Positions 10,901 to 25,200 of a DNA stretch of 64,000 nt are shown here, in pieces; positions within the stretch are counted from its first letter, which is position 1; every line of letters begins with the position of its first letter. The DNA comes from Octopus sinensis. Taxonomy: Eukaryota. Position numbers and translations under genes: made by a program. The stretch lies in contig NC_043006.1 of the NCBI RefSeq assembly GCF_006345805.1, positions 58,652,001-58,716,000 of the forward strand. The letters are read 5' to 3'. The notes under the pieces are model-generated. The model was given only the letters and a program-made list of their open reading frames with translations, did not search any database and was not told where the DNA came from.

Positions 10901-13900
10901 TAGTCGTGACTAATCGATCCTACAACGACTACCTAGCAAGGTAAATAAAACACAAAGTAAATGATTTTTAAACAGCGGTGGTGCCCCAGCATGGCCGCGG
11001 CCTTCGGGCTAAAACATTTTTAAGGATTTAAGGAAAGTAAATAACACAAAGTAAGGATCGACTAGTCACGACTAGCTTGCGCGAGTGCGCGCACCGGGAC
11101 CACTGTTCTCAAGTAGTACCGCCCCTTGTGGGTAGTAAAGAAATAAGTATTTCGTCTGCCGTTACACTCTGATTTCCAATTCCGCCGAGGTAGACTTTTC
11201 CTTTCATCCTTTCAGGGTCGATAAATTAAGTACCAGTTACGCACTGGGGTCGATATAATCGACTTAATCCGTCTGTCCGTCTTTGTCTCCTCTGTGTTTA
11301 GACTTTTGTGGGTAGTAAAGAAATAGGTAGCCGTTGTAGGATCGACTAGTCACGAATAGCTAGCGTGAGTACGTGAGTGCGTGCACCGGGACCACTCTTC
11401 TTAAGTAGTACCCAAATTGTCTTCGCCATGTCGACTCTTTACAGCAAGAAACCTGTTCTGCTCTAGCCCCTTCTCCTATACTTTTAATTCTCATCTTACA
11501 TAAGGCCACCCCTGTTGGCTCATAGTTTTGCAAGCTACATCGGAACTTCACTAGTGGCCTGAAAATTGCACCCAGTGCATGCTAAGTAGTTGGCATTAGG
11601 AAGGGCATCCAGCCATAGAAACCATGCCAAAGTAGCACAACGCAGTCCTTGAACCTGTCAAATTTTTCAACCCATACAAGCATGGAACAGGGACTTTAAA
11701 TAATGAAATCTTTACTAGAGAAAATTGCAGTTTTTCCATCAGATCAATCCTAATGGATCAAAGACATTCCAGCTATAACCATCCTCCCCTCTATTTCTTG
11801 CTAGCACTGGACCACATGCAATGTATCCTATTTTTGAAGATGAAAGATTTGACTGTTATTTCTAGCATGTTGAGTGACTTGTTGGCTTGAGTGGAACAAA
11901 GGCTACTTATAACAACTTAGCATCAGATGTTATTGACCAGCTTACTCATGTATCAAGTATGGCAGTGTGGCTAAGAAGCCTACTTTGCAGCCATGTGGTT
12001 TTGGGCTCAGTGCTACTGTGCAGCACTTTCGAGGGGTCTTCTATAGCCCTGTGCTGACCAAAGTCTTGAGAGTGGAATTGGTAAATGAAAACTGAAAGAA
12101 CTCCATTGTGTGTGTGTGTTTGTATGTTTGTGGCTCCTCGACATTGCATGATGATTGTAAATAGGTGTCACTGTTATACAAGCAGTGTCATGGGCAGAAA
12201 TATGCCTGGCTATGGAGGAATATGACCTTGCTTATAAACAGGTGACGGTTGACAACAGGAAAGGCATCTGACCATAGAAAAATCGGCCTCAATAAACTCT
12301 GACTTGGGCAATCATGGAAAAGTGGATGTTAAAACTGAAATTTTTTCTAAAATATTAAAGTATCAACAGAGCTTGGAATTAACAGTTTAAATTGACTATT
12401 TTTGGGCTTTGTATTTTTTTATACAACCCATTGTAAAAACTGTTTGTTGAGGGAATTAATCTTAAAAAATTATTCATCCCTCACTTTTTTCTTTACAGGT
12501 ATAATAGCAACTATCACACGGCTCTGCAAAACTTGTGTATTACGGATAACACTTGAGAAATTTTATTTCATTATCTTGGAGAAGGCTTTACATGGTGGTG
12601 CCAAAGTATGGTGTGAACTGTTTCAAGTAAATATTACTACAATTATTACAATATACTTGAGAGAGAGAGGATATTGCTGTAGTTGTGATGTGGATGAAGA
12701 TTGTGTATTGATTGAACAGACATTCATGGTTGAATTAGATGAGAAGAAACAGTAAAGCTTGGCTGACTTAATGACACTGATCTTTGTATCATGTGGAAGG
12801 TTGCTCTAATGCTAAACCATCAAATCCATGATAACATGGAGTAGTAGATATAAACAATCTTTGATTGTTATTATTATTTAGGTGGTGAGCTGGCAGAATT
12901 GTTCACACCCAGGGCAAAATGCTTAGTTTCATTTCATCTCTCTTCATGTTCTGAGTTCAAATTCTGCCAAGGTCAACTTTGCTTTCATCTCTTTGGTATC
13001 TATAAAACAGAACCTGTTGAGCACTGGGATTGATGTAATTGACTTAACTCTTCCTTGAAATTAGTGGCATTGTACAAAATTTGAAACTATTATTATTTGT
13101 TAGGCAGCAAGCTGGCAGAATTGTTAGCACCCTGGGAAAAATGTATAGCATTTTGTCCCTCATGTTCTGAGTTCAAATTCTGCCAAGTTCCACCTTGCCT
13201 TTCATACTTTCAGAGTCGACAAAATACCAGTTGAGCACTGGCTTCATTGTAATTGACTTGCCCCTCTCCCAAAATTGCTTACCTTGTGCCAAAATTTGAA
13301 ACCATTATTATTATTTGTGTTTGGAAAGAAAGGATGTTTGTTTCAGGCTTGTAAGTTTTGTTTGAATTTTGTTGTTTAAAAGTTTTCGTATTTGTTTTTG
13401 TTGGATTGTTTATTAAATAAGCCAGTTTGCCTTGCTTATAGCAAATTGTTTTTATAAAAATTTGCCCCCTAAGGGCGAATTTTGTGATGTAAAATTTCAT
13501 AATTTAAAACAAAAATAACATGGCTTCATAAATTGAGGACAATCACTATGAAAATGTTTCCCCCACTACACACCTAGTGTACATGCAACAACGAAAAAGA
13601 ATGTAAAAGTAACTGTCATTACCAGCACACTTTACACAACAAAAATTATCAAGAACAACAGAGATAACAAAGCAGATGGAAAAAAAAAAACTATGGCACC
13701 AATGATGAGATTGGAAACAACAAAAATGAAACCACAGAACAAAAAATAAAATAGAATTTTCTGTTCACCACACCTGTAAGCTTGCCACTGCCATCAACAC
13801 TGTTAATGTAAAAACAACAAAAATAGAGCTTGCAAATCTGCTGTTAGCAGTTTCGCTGACTCTGTGCATCAAATGAATGAGGAAATTTTTCTTGATTAAA

Positions 13901-16900
13901 AAGTGCAAAAATAATTACCCTGTATGTGTAAATGAAAGCAGGATGTTGTAGTCGCTCGTCTTTGTCTGCGTGTTTGCTGGAAAACAGCTGAATGGATTTT
14001 CACCAAATTTGGCAGAATTCCTCACTTGATGAGTGGCTCGAACTCATTTTGGTTTGATTATCTTCAAAACTTGCAGATGGGTGAATCAAAATGCTTTTTT
14101 TTTTCCTTTGTTACATATGCATAAGCGATAAGCAGGGGAAATAACTCTTAATGTCGTTTTGCTGAAATATGAAATCGTTTGAGAATATATTTACTAAATT
14201 AAATTTTATTTTATCCTTGTGTGCGCGCAGGATATGCATCACCCACTCCAATGCCTTTTTCTTTATGTTAGAAATGTGACCGAACCGTGGCGAATGAACC
14301 TGTCAAAATCTGTTCAGCAACAAACCAATCTGCTAACAGTTTTATACAGGTGTGCAAGGACTAAAAGCACAAAAATAGAACAGGTTACACACAAGCAGAT
14401 CAAAAAGTGCCTTAAACCAATTTGGAACACAAAAACGTACTTAGCCAGAAATACGGCACTGTAGAGGTGAATTTGCCACAGAGGATGAGGTCAAAAAGCA
14501 CTTGAAATCAACCTCTATGCGTGATGAACTGATTCTCATCCTCATCTACCTTGGCCAATGTCCCCAGAAATCGACATCTACTGCATGGTTGCAGTGGTCC
14601 TTTTTGATGTAGAAGACTGGTATTTTGTAGATACAAAGGCTGCAGAAACAAGTTATTGGGCCAAGGAATGGAGTTGTTGATCCAGATGACTCAGAAAAGC
14701 GCTGAAGCAATCCCAGACTTGATAAACCTTACAAGGAAGCACAAAGCTTTAATGTGGCTGTTGGAGGCAGAAGGCCACAGTTTCACCTGACCAGTGGCAC
14801 AAACCACCTCAAGGCCTTTTGCCTGCAGCAAAGGTGAGAGAGGGTAACCAGCACTTCCACTGACATGATCATCACCACAACAACAGCAGCAGCAAAAATG
14901 GTATCAACGGAGGCAGGTGGTCACAAGGAATCAAACTAACAGCTCTAAAAACAGCAACAACAATTACTGCAGCAGCACCAGCAGTTACAACACTGGAAGC
15001 TACTGCAGCTAATACCACCATCAGAGGCTGCCACATCACAAACAGCAGCAATAACACCATCAGAAATTCCACAAACAACTATTTCAACAAAACAACAAAA
15101 GCTTCCCTAAGACATACCTCTCCCCTTTTCAGACCACTCAGATGTGTGTAATGGAGGGGATGGTAAGGAGCCTTAATGAGAATGTTGAAGATGTTGACCA
15201 CTTCAGTGAGATTCATAGCAGCATCAGCTGAGAGTCTGAAGTCTTAAAAAGACTTGGATGAGCTGGTGCAGTTGTGAACTCATTGTACAAGAGTATTTGG
15301 GTGCTGCCAATATTTGAGCAGGAGGATAAAGGTTTTTAGGTCTCTGGTCCTCCTTGTCATACTTTATAGTTGTGAACTTGGACATTGTCTTGTGCCCTGA
15401 AAGGCTGCCTGAATTCCTTTGGTACCAGGATGCTTTGTAGGATTATGAGTTAACTTTGGTTGGATTTTGTATCCAACCAATGACTCTGCTCAGAAATTGA
15501 GATGCCCCCTGTTACTTGTATGATTCAGACCATGTTGCTTGATTTTTCCAAGTTAGACCCTGGTTACTGTGTTCTCTTCACTAAAAATCCAGCTGGGTTG
15601 ACAGCTCGTGTTGGTCGGCTGCAGGGTCATGACAGATGAAGTATCTTGTGGCGATGGGGACTGACCTAACAGGTCACCTGGGAGGGTCTAGGAATATAGA
15701 AACATGCTGCAATGATACATGCCCCTACACCTGACCTGAGATGTTATCTGATTAGCTTATATTGGAATAACTTATTTGCTTAATATTTCTAATTTCAGGA
15801 CCATTTCTTTGATGAATATATGTTGGATGGACTCTCTAAAGATAATGATGAGATATTCTTAGAAATAAATCCTGATAATCTTCTAAAAGCACTCAAAACT
15901 GGTCAAACTGCCAAATGGATCAAAATAAAATTGACCAAAAAACAAGTTCCTTCTTTAACACTTGAAGTTGATTTGGTAAGTATTATATATTTGGTTTTTA
16001 GTAAGCCATTATCGGTTGTCATCATTGTTTCCACTGTTGCGTGTGGTTAGTTTGCAGCATTTTGGCCATTTCTTTTGGTGTATCTTTGTTTTTCTTTTTA
16101 CTTGTTTCAATCATTAGACTATGGCCATGTTGGAGCATTGCCTTGAAGAATTTTTTTTAGTTGAATGAATTGATCCCGGTACTTTTTTTTTTTTAAGCCT
16201 AATACTTATTCTTTTGGTCCTTTTTGCTAAACCATTAAGTTACAGGGACGTAAACACACCAACACTGGTTGCAAAGCTGTGGTGGGGAACACATGCACAT
16301 ACATTTTGGGCTTTTTTCAGTTTCTGTCTATCAAATCCACTCACAAGACTTAGGTTGGCCGAAGGCTATAGTAGAAGACACTTACCCAAGGTACCAGGCA
16401 GTGGGACTGAACCCAGAACCATGAGGTTGGGAAGCAAGCTTCTTACCATACATCCATGCCTGCACCTACTGAAGATAACTTTCTTCCACTAATCACAGAG
16501 GTTCTTAAGAAACAATATGGCTGCTGCCTTTCTTCCTCTAAATCATAAAAAAAAAATGCATTATGTTTATAAATTTATATTAAGCCAATAAACTGGATAA
16601 AAAGAATAACAAAGTATATTTTTATTTCTTCATTTTAGCCTACAGTTACTGGCCTGAGTCGCACTGTAGTCCATGATATACCAGTCTCGGTGTTAGCATT
16701 ACGTCATTGGGCAGACTATGATGAACCAGATGTACCTGACTTCGATGTAAGTCCTATCTGAAAGCATTTTACAAATAATACTTGTTAATTCATCTAATTG
16801 TTTCATATCCTATATGCAAGCATATTTTCACATGATTGTTTTTTTCTTTTGTCTCTGTCACTGTACATCACTCTCTCCTCTTCCCCAACTTTCCTTTTCC

Positions 16901-17400
16901 ACATATCATCTTCATATTTTCTTACCTATCTGCAGGTTATTATACTGCTCTTCTTCATCCTCTTTGTGCTGCTACTTATAACCTCCTCATTCCTGAGCTG
17001 CTCCTGTTCTTTCACCTTCATCCTGCTATACTGATACTTATTTACTATACCTCTACCCATGTTCCATTTACTACATTCACCTCTACACCTATCTTTAACC
17101 ACCCGTCACTCTCCTTTCATTATCTTATGAACTTATCCACCCATCCTTACATAATGCACAGTAGCCATGTATTCCCTTTATAGTAAGACACCTGTGCCTA
17201 TCCCTCTGTCATACTTGAGCCACATTACTTGACATAAAGTGCTGATCCCATGTTAAAAGCACCCACTGTAAAGTGGTTGGCATTAAGGTCATCAGGCTAT
17301 AGAAATCAAACCAAATCAGGCTGGAACCTGGTGCAGCTCACCTGGTTGCCAGCTATGATCAAACCATCCAACCCATGGCAACATGGAAAACTGATGTTAA

Positions 17401-17452
<52 letters not shown>

Positions 17453-20400
17453 CACATGCATACACACAACAAGCTTCACCCAGTTTCCATCAACCAAATC
17501 CACTGCAGAAATTTACTGACTTGTGTTAAGAAATCTTACCTCATCCGCTTCTTCCCATGACAGTTACTTGATGAATAACGAATTTTAAGCACTTAAATTA
17601 CTGTATGAAGTTGGAAATTTTCTACCACATGTCAAATGCACAAAATTTCTTCAATAATTCAGGAGCAAAGTACTGCTAAACGTTTTTGGTTTTGCATCCT
17701 GTTAAATGAACAATATATGGGATTATGTGGTTCCTATTTTGATGGGTAATTTTGTTTTTATGTACAGGTGTGGCAGTTGGTTAAGAAGTTTGCTTTCCAA
17801 CCACAGGGTTCAGTCCCAGTTTGACATCATGGACAGCTGTCTTCAATAACACCAAAACCAAAAGAAGCCCCTCATGTGTGTATATAATTTTGTCTAGGCA
17901 TGAAGTTATGAGTACATGTCATGGACAGAAATGCACCTGCCATTCTCACTAGCTGCTGTTGTAGAAATTTTTCATCTCCCTTAGATATGTATATCTGTTT
18001 AATGCATATCTGTTTAGTATGATACATAAATGTGGAGGTGCATGGCTTAATGGTCAGGGTGTTGCAGCTGTAATTATAACATTGTGGTTTTGATTCCTGG
18101 CCTGACTGATGCATTATGTTCTTGAGCAAAACTTTTCATTTTATGTTACTCCAGTCCACTCATCTGGCGAAAATGAGTAATCCCATGACAAATTGATGTC
18201 CCATCCACTAGGGAATTTATATGCTGCACAATCCAGGAAACTGACATTATGAGTCTATTGCTCATAGGGTCTTTGATCCATTTTTGATGATACATAAATG
18301 GTTATTTTACTTTAATAATTGGTTTTTTTTTCTACATTGATAGGTGAGTATAAATATGCCTGCATTGAAGCTTCTTCGCAATGTTGTTGATAAAATGAAG
18401 AGTATTAGTAATTTTGTGGTGAGTATTGTTAAGCTTGATTGTACCCCTTTTTACAAAAGTTTCTTGGCGTAACCAAACTTGGCAAAACATTTATCCATCA
18501 TTGTCATCATCATTTAATATCCGTTTTCTATGCTGGCATGGGTTGACTGAAAACTAGTAAGCTGAGGAACTGCACCAGGTTCCAATCTGATTTGGTGTAG
18601 TTTCTACAGCTGGATGCCCTTGCTGATGCCAACCACTTCAAGTGTGTAGGGGGTGGTTTTTATGTGCCAGTCGGGAAACCTTGGTATTGGCCATGACTAT
18701 AATCTTATACAACTTGACCGGTCTTCTCAAGCATGGTATCATCATACACAATAAATGATATTATGGTGTTGGACTACAGACTGTTGTCTATTCACCAGTT
18801 GCAATCTTGAACTCATGAGCAGGGCACATCCCTCTGTATGTCCTAGTTTGTATGTGGACAGTAAAGTAAAAATTTCACTTCTGTTTACTAATGAATGGTT
18901 AGCTGCAGCAAAGGTATCCAGCTGTAAAAATACTTGCTCCAGCAAAATCCATTCAACTTGTGCAAGGCTGGAAAAGTGCAAACAGTTAAGAACTGTTTGC
19001 AGTCTGCTATTTCTGGTGTTAGTATGAAGAGTAAAATGAAACTCTTTGTGAATTTAGCATTTCATGAGAGCAGGCATAGCCATGTGGTTAAGGTGTTTGC
19101 TGCCCAACCATGTGGGCTCAGGTTCAGTTTCACTGTCTGGCTCTTTGGGTAAGTGTCTTCTGTTATAGCCTGTACCAACCAAAGGTTTGTGAGTGGATTT
19201 GGTAAGTGGAAGCTGAAAGAAACCTATCATTGTGTGTGTGTGTGTGTGTGTGTAGACACACATGTGGTCATGTCTTTTATGTGTACCCTTTTGATGTAAT
19301 GATTGTAAACAAGCAGCACAAGAAAAATGTCTGGCTATGAAGAAATATTACCTTGCTTGGAAGCAGGTATGAGTTGGCTACAAGTAGAGTATCAAGCTGT
19401 AGATTTGCTTCAGTGTATTCTGTGACCAGGCAAGTGTGGAAAAGTAGACAGTGAATGATGATGAAAGATGCTCCTCAGTAATTTTGTTATTGTATGACTA
19501 ATGATTGTTTTGTGGAGCTTAAACTTAGGATGATGCAATGAATACACAAGTTATTTGTTCATCCGTATGATAACCCATTATATCTTCTGATATTGATATC
19601 CTAAAACCAAGGTGCCATGTAAAAAGCATTGGTGTAGCTGCTGCTACTTTGCACACGCACTGGTGATGGTGCCATGTAATAAGTACACTCTGTAAAGTGG
19701 TTGGCATTAGGAAGGACATACTAGAAACCAAGCCAAAACAGACTGGTGCAGCCCCTGGCCTTGCTGGTTTCTGTCAAGCTGTCTGACCCTTGCCAACATG
19801 GAAAATGGATGTTATATGTTACTCTTTTACTTGTTTCAGTCATTTGACAGTGGCCATGCTGGAGCACCGCCTTTAGTCAAGCAGATCGACCCTAGGACTT
19901 ATTCTTTGTAAGCCTAGTACTTATTCTGTCAGTCTCTTTTGCCGAACCGCTAAGTTACGAGGATGTAAACACACCAGCATCAGTTGTCAAGCGATGTTGG
20001 GGGGACAAACAGACACACAAACCTACACACACACACACACACACATATATACGACGGCCTTCTTTCAGTTTCTGTCTACCAAATCGACTCAAGGCTTTGG
20101 TTGGCCCAAGGCTATAGAGCTTTTATTCAATGACTGCTCCTTGTAAAATGTAGCACAATATTGCAGAGAAGTTCCAAATCTGGTTGAATGGTCAAGAGTA
20201 TAATGGTCTTATCTCTTTAGCATTTAAGCTGATCATATCTAGCCCTTGTTCTACCTTCTAACCATCTGTGTATCTGTTGTAATCCAAAGTTGGACTGTTA
20301 TAATGTCCACTCTAGTATAGCAGTATAATTAGTTAGACAAGTAAGCTACGACTATCTATGACTGACTGCTAGACATCACAGTTTTTGTAACAACCAGCAC

Positions 20401-22218
20401 ATACCACTCGTCACATGGGAGGGATGTCCCATTATTACTATTATCCCCATAACATCTCCCCTTTTAAGTTATTTTTCTTAGGGAGTACAATTTTTTCTTT
20501 TTATTAGCAGTAATTTTTACATCACCCCACTTTCTTGAGTTTTTTTTTTTCATGGAGTTACACACTTAATTTCTTTTTTGTTTGGCATCCACTTCCAGGA
20601 ATTCTGTACATTTTCTTTCACTCGTGCGTCTGAATTCACTTATTTGTAGTGACGTTGGTATTTGAAAAGTGTCATATAACCAATCTGTTGGCTCTTCCAT
20701 TCTCTTGGGTTCACTCTCAACGAAGCTTTTTTTTGAGTTAATTCTTGTGTCTCTTGTAAAGCCAGACATATTTCTTGGGGTTTCACCAGTGACATGGGCC
20801 TACTTGCCACAAGCCTAAACAAAATTCATCCCTGTAATATTTAGGGAATTGAACAATACATCCACTGGTATTGTGAAAAGCTTGCTGGGTTGTAGAAAAA
20901 CTTGGTATATATAACTAAAACATTGAGCTGCCCCATTTAGAGCAAACTGCATCTATCATTCTCATGTGTCATTGATGTGATGTTTGCTTCAATATGTATT
21001 TGTTTTAACACAAATCTATGGAGAGATTTCATCTCAGTCAGTTCTACAGTATCATGCCTGTCAGCACTATATATACATTTCGGGAGATACACAATGACAT
21101 TTTTAATTTAATGCTGTTTCACTTGCATTCACTAAATATTTTTACATTCTGTTTATTTTACCACAACTTTAATATTATTCCTTTCTCATAATAATCTGTG
21201 ACTCCTTACAGATTATTATAAGAATTTACTGAACTATTCTATATGTTAATTTTTTTTTTTATATAGTACTTTATTTTTTTTTTAATTCCAGATAGTTTCT
21301 GCAAACTGTGATGGTAAAATGAAGTTAATGGTGGAAACAGATGTAGCATCTGTTTGTACTTATTTCAGGGATTTGACAAACCCTAAATGGAGTAAGTAAC
21401 CTTTATATTTTGAGCTTCCATTCCCTACCCCCATATTTATTTTTTGTTTGTTTGTTATTTGACTACTGCTCTGCCAAGGCACTACCTTGAAGAATTTTAG
21501 TCAAATGAATTGATCCCCAGTACTTTTTTATTTTTTAAGCGTAGTTCTTGTTCTATCAGTCTCTTTTGCTGAACCGCCAAGTTATGGGGACATAAACACA
21601 CGAATACCAGTTGGGGACAGATACGCGCGTGTGTGTGTGTGTGTGGTGTGTGTGTGTGTATATATATATATGACAGGCTTCATTCTGTTATCTACCAAAT
21701 CTACTCAGAAGACTTTGGTAGGTCCAAGGCTGTAGTAGAAGACACTTGCTCAAAGTGTCACGCAATGAGAGTGAACCCAGAACCATGTGGTGGGAAAGCA
21801 AGCTTCTTACCACACTGCCATGCCTGCACTTATATTCTTTATCTACTTTATTCATACATTTGACAAGAGCGTTTATTATTATGTTTGCCTTTCTACGTGG
21901 TTGATGTAACCGTATCTGTGTCAATTCTGAAATGAATATCATTGCAGGTGCAAAGTCTCAGGTACCTAATCCTAATTTCCAAAGAGGTAAAGAAAAACAT
22001 TGGGAATAGAACCTTGTCTTTTACTTGTTTCACTCATTAGACTGCGGCCATGCTGGGGTACTGCCTTGAAGAATTTTTAGTCGACTGAATCAACTCCAGT
22101 ACTTTTCTTTTTTCTAAAGCCTGGTACTTATTCTACCAGCTGCTTCAGTCAAATTGCTAAGTTCCGGGGATGTAAACACTGATACTGCTTGTCATGGGGT
22201 GGTGGGGGACACATACAG

Positions 22219-22249
<31 letters not shown>

Positions 22250-25200
22250 AATATATAGTTATATGACATGCTTCTTTCAGTTCTAGTCTACCAAATCCAC
22301 TCAGAAGGCTCCAGTTGGCCTGAGGCTATAGTAAACATTTGCCAAAGGTGCCATGCAGTGGGACTGAACCTGGAACCATGTGATTGGGAAGCAAACATCT
22401 TACCATACAGCCACACCTGTGCCTTAGTTGACACTTACCTGGCATTTCCTTTTTTTTTGTTTTTTTCACTTTGACAATTTCCTTGTTACAACAAATGCTT
22501 GCTTCATCACCAGTTAGTGCCATTTTTCCATGCTTGCATGGCTCAGACACAATATGTTGAGGCAGATTTTCTACGGCTGGATACCCTTCCAATCACTAAA
22601 TTTTACCTGTTTCTAGGCAAGATGATGTTCCATCATGGAAGACAAGAAATGAACAACATTGCATGTCTGACTGTGATGCTTATTTACAATCGTCACATGA
22701 TGTCAAGACAAGTGTATGTACACACACACACACACACAGAGTTATATATACATATACGACAGACTTTCAGTTTCCATCTATCAGACCCACTTGCAAGGCT
22801 TTGGTTAGCCTGGGGATATAGTAGAAGACACTTGCACAATGTAGCATGCTGTAGAACTGAACACAAGACCACATGGTTGGTAAGAAAACTTCTTGACTGT
22901 ACAGCCTACCCCTTCTCTGTGTAAATGGGAACTACATGCTTTGGGTTTTAAACTTTTTGTGTATCATGTATGGCAATGAAGAAAGCTTTTTAAACTACTA
23001 AATGATTCACTTTTTCTGACAAGTGGACGCCAGCTATTATACACTACCTATAAGCCTGCTTCTACAAAATTAGTTGCCTTCATAGTCAGAACTCTGCTAA
23101 AGCACTGCTGAGCAGGTCCACTTTTTAACAAAAACTACAACCAAATTATTCACTCCATCTTGGTGTTCTCTAAGAACATTTGATACTTTTCACCAAAAGG
23201 TTCTTTAAAAATGCTTAGTCCCTCATTACTTGTTTAACTTTTAGTTTCTGAAACCTTTATCTAAGGAATTAGGACCTGACTTTCTCATTTCTTGAATTCA
23301 AGGTTGGATGGAATTAAAAAGCTTGACCTTTAAAGTATGTGAAGACAAATAGTGACTTGAGTAATTTGCATAAAAAAACTGATTGGTAGTGACATAATAA
23401 TTTCAATTAAGTAACTCTTTAAACAAGTTTCCATTGTTGACTTCATTTTACCTTCATAGTTTGTAGGAACAATCTAGAAATCAAAAGAAAATATTTAAAT
23501 AAAGCACAAAATTAAAAAAAAAATATATTTAACGCTTATATTCAGTAAATTCTCATAATAATCTGTGAGCAGTTACAGATTTTTTTTATACCAACCCTCT
23601 GGAAACTACTACTCATTCTATGATACACACTTTCTGCTTTAAAAGTTTTGTTACAAATGAAAAATTATATTCAGATAATTTCTCATTCATACTATGCAAA
23701 TTAGGATACTGCTCTTTGGTTTTACTAAGATGAAAAAATAATTCATTGTGGTCACACAACTGTTTAAAGTGTAGGCGGTGTGATTTGGTGCTTTATTTAC
23801 TGTGTGGGCAAATTGTAAATACTGCTATTGAATATGTGGCAAGTGAGTCTGGACTGGTTGGTGAGGTGCATTGGTTGATATACATGGGTGGTTTGTGTAA
23901 ATAGTTGATTCGGTAGTTGATGCCATGCAGTCAATATGTGAAATGGTGCTGGACAATTTTGTGTGGAACATTTGGCACAGTATTTGGTGTCCAAATACTT
24001 CATGATGCCTGTGTCTGTCTCTCAATCATACTTTAGCTTCTCACCACCTGGCATAAAACCACTTCCCTTTCTGCTACAACCTTACTCAGTTCAGGGTTTT
24101 TTCTTTTACTTTGTCTTGCAATTTACTTGGCAACCTCATTAGTGCTGGTGTCTCAAGAAAAGCACCCAGTACACTCTGTAAAGTGGTTTGGCATTAGTAA
24201 GGGCATTCAGCTGCAGAAATCATGCCAAACCAAACAGTGGCGCTTCATACAATCGATTGGGTCCTTGGATCTTGTATATTAAATGACTCTGGTCTTTGTA
24301 TAAAAAATGATTAATAGAAACAAAATAACTTCAACTAAATTATTCTCTAAACCAGTAGCTCTTGACTATTTTTTGTCTATGGACCCCTTTAATTACAGTT
24401 TTCCTCTGGTGGATCCCCCATAGCTATTTGATGTTTGAAAAACAGTTTTATAGCTACTTCTTTCAAAATTCCTAGGACTATGTAAAATGTCAGAGAAAGA
24501 AACCTAGTGTTTCTTGTAATAAATACATCTAAACCCAAATTTTTTCATGGACCCATAAAATACTATTTGGACCCAATTTGCTATTTTGTTTGTGTGGACC
24601 CCCATAAAGTCTTATATGAACCCTGGTTAAGAACCACTGCTTTAAACAAAAGTTTATTTAAATGCTAATGCTTTGCTTTTATTCTTTAACAAATGTTTCT
24701 CTCCTACATTTTGTGTATTAAATTACACTTTTCTACAATAAATTTATTATTTTCCAGAGGACAAAAACAGCGACCTGATCCAGTCCTCTTCTAAAGATCC
24801 TTCTGAGTTCTCTGAAGTGAGAGTAGACCTCAGGAAATTTGCTCAATTTCTTAATGGTCTACAATTAAATCCGTCACGTGTTATATGTAGTAAGTATATT
24901 CTTTCTTTTACATAGAGTAAGGTATTAACTTTGTCCATTATTAAGCATTTCATAGTAAACCCAGTGCATACTTAGAATTGGAAGAAATATTGGGTTGTCC
25001 GGAAAGTTTGTGCTGATTTTTAAAGGAAAGAAAAAGGTCAATAAATACTTGCCATTACATTTTTAATCAACCAAATATGAACCATTTTGTTGCACAATGC
25101 GTCTCCATCTTTCCTTTAACTTGAAAATACTCTCTTTCCAGAATTGAGGTAGTTTCATGGCAAAAAATTAATCAGGTATCTTTTTACGTCATCCAAGGAA

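Noticed and set aside
14872-15078. Hydrophobic membrane-like ORF (and similar at 6312-6614 and 16798-17183)
   Set aside because: Low-complexity trinucleotide or pyrimidine-rich sequence; no domain or splice evidence.
17403-17447. (TA)n and (CA)n microsatellites here and throughout the window
   Set aside because: Ubiquitous in this type of genome; noted only where they flank the second ankyrin exon copies.
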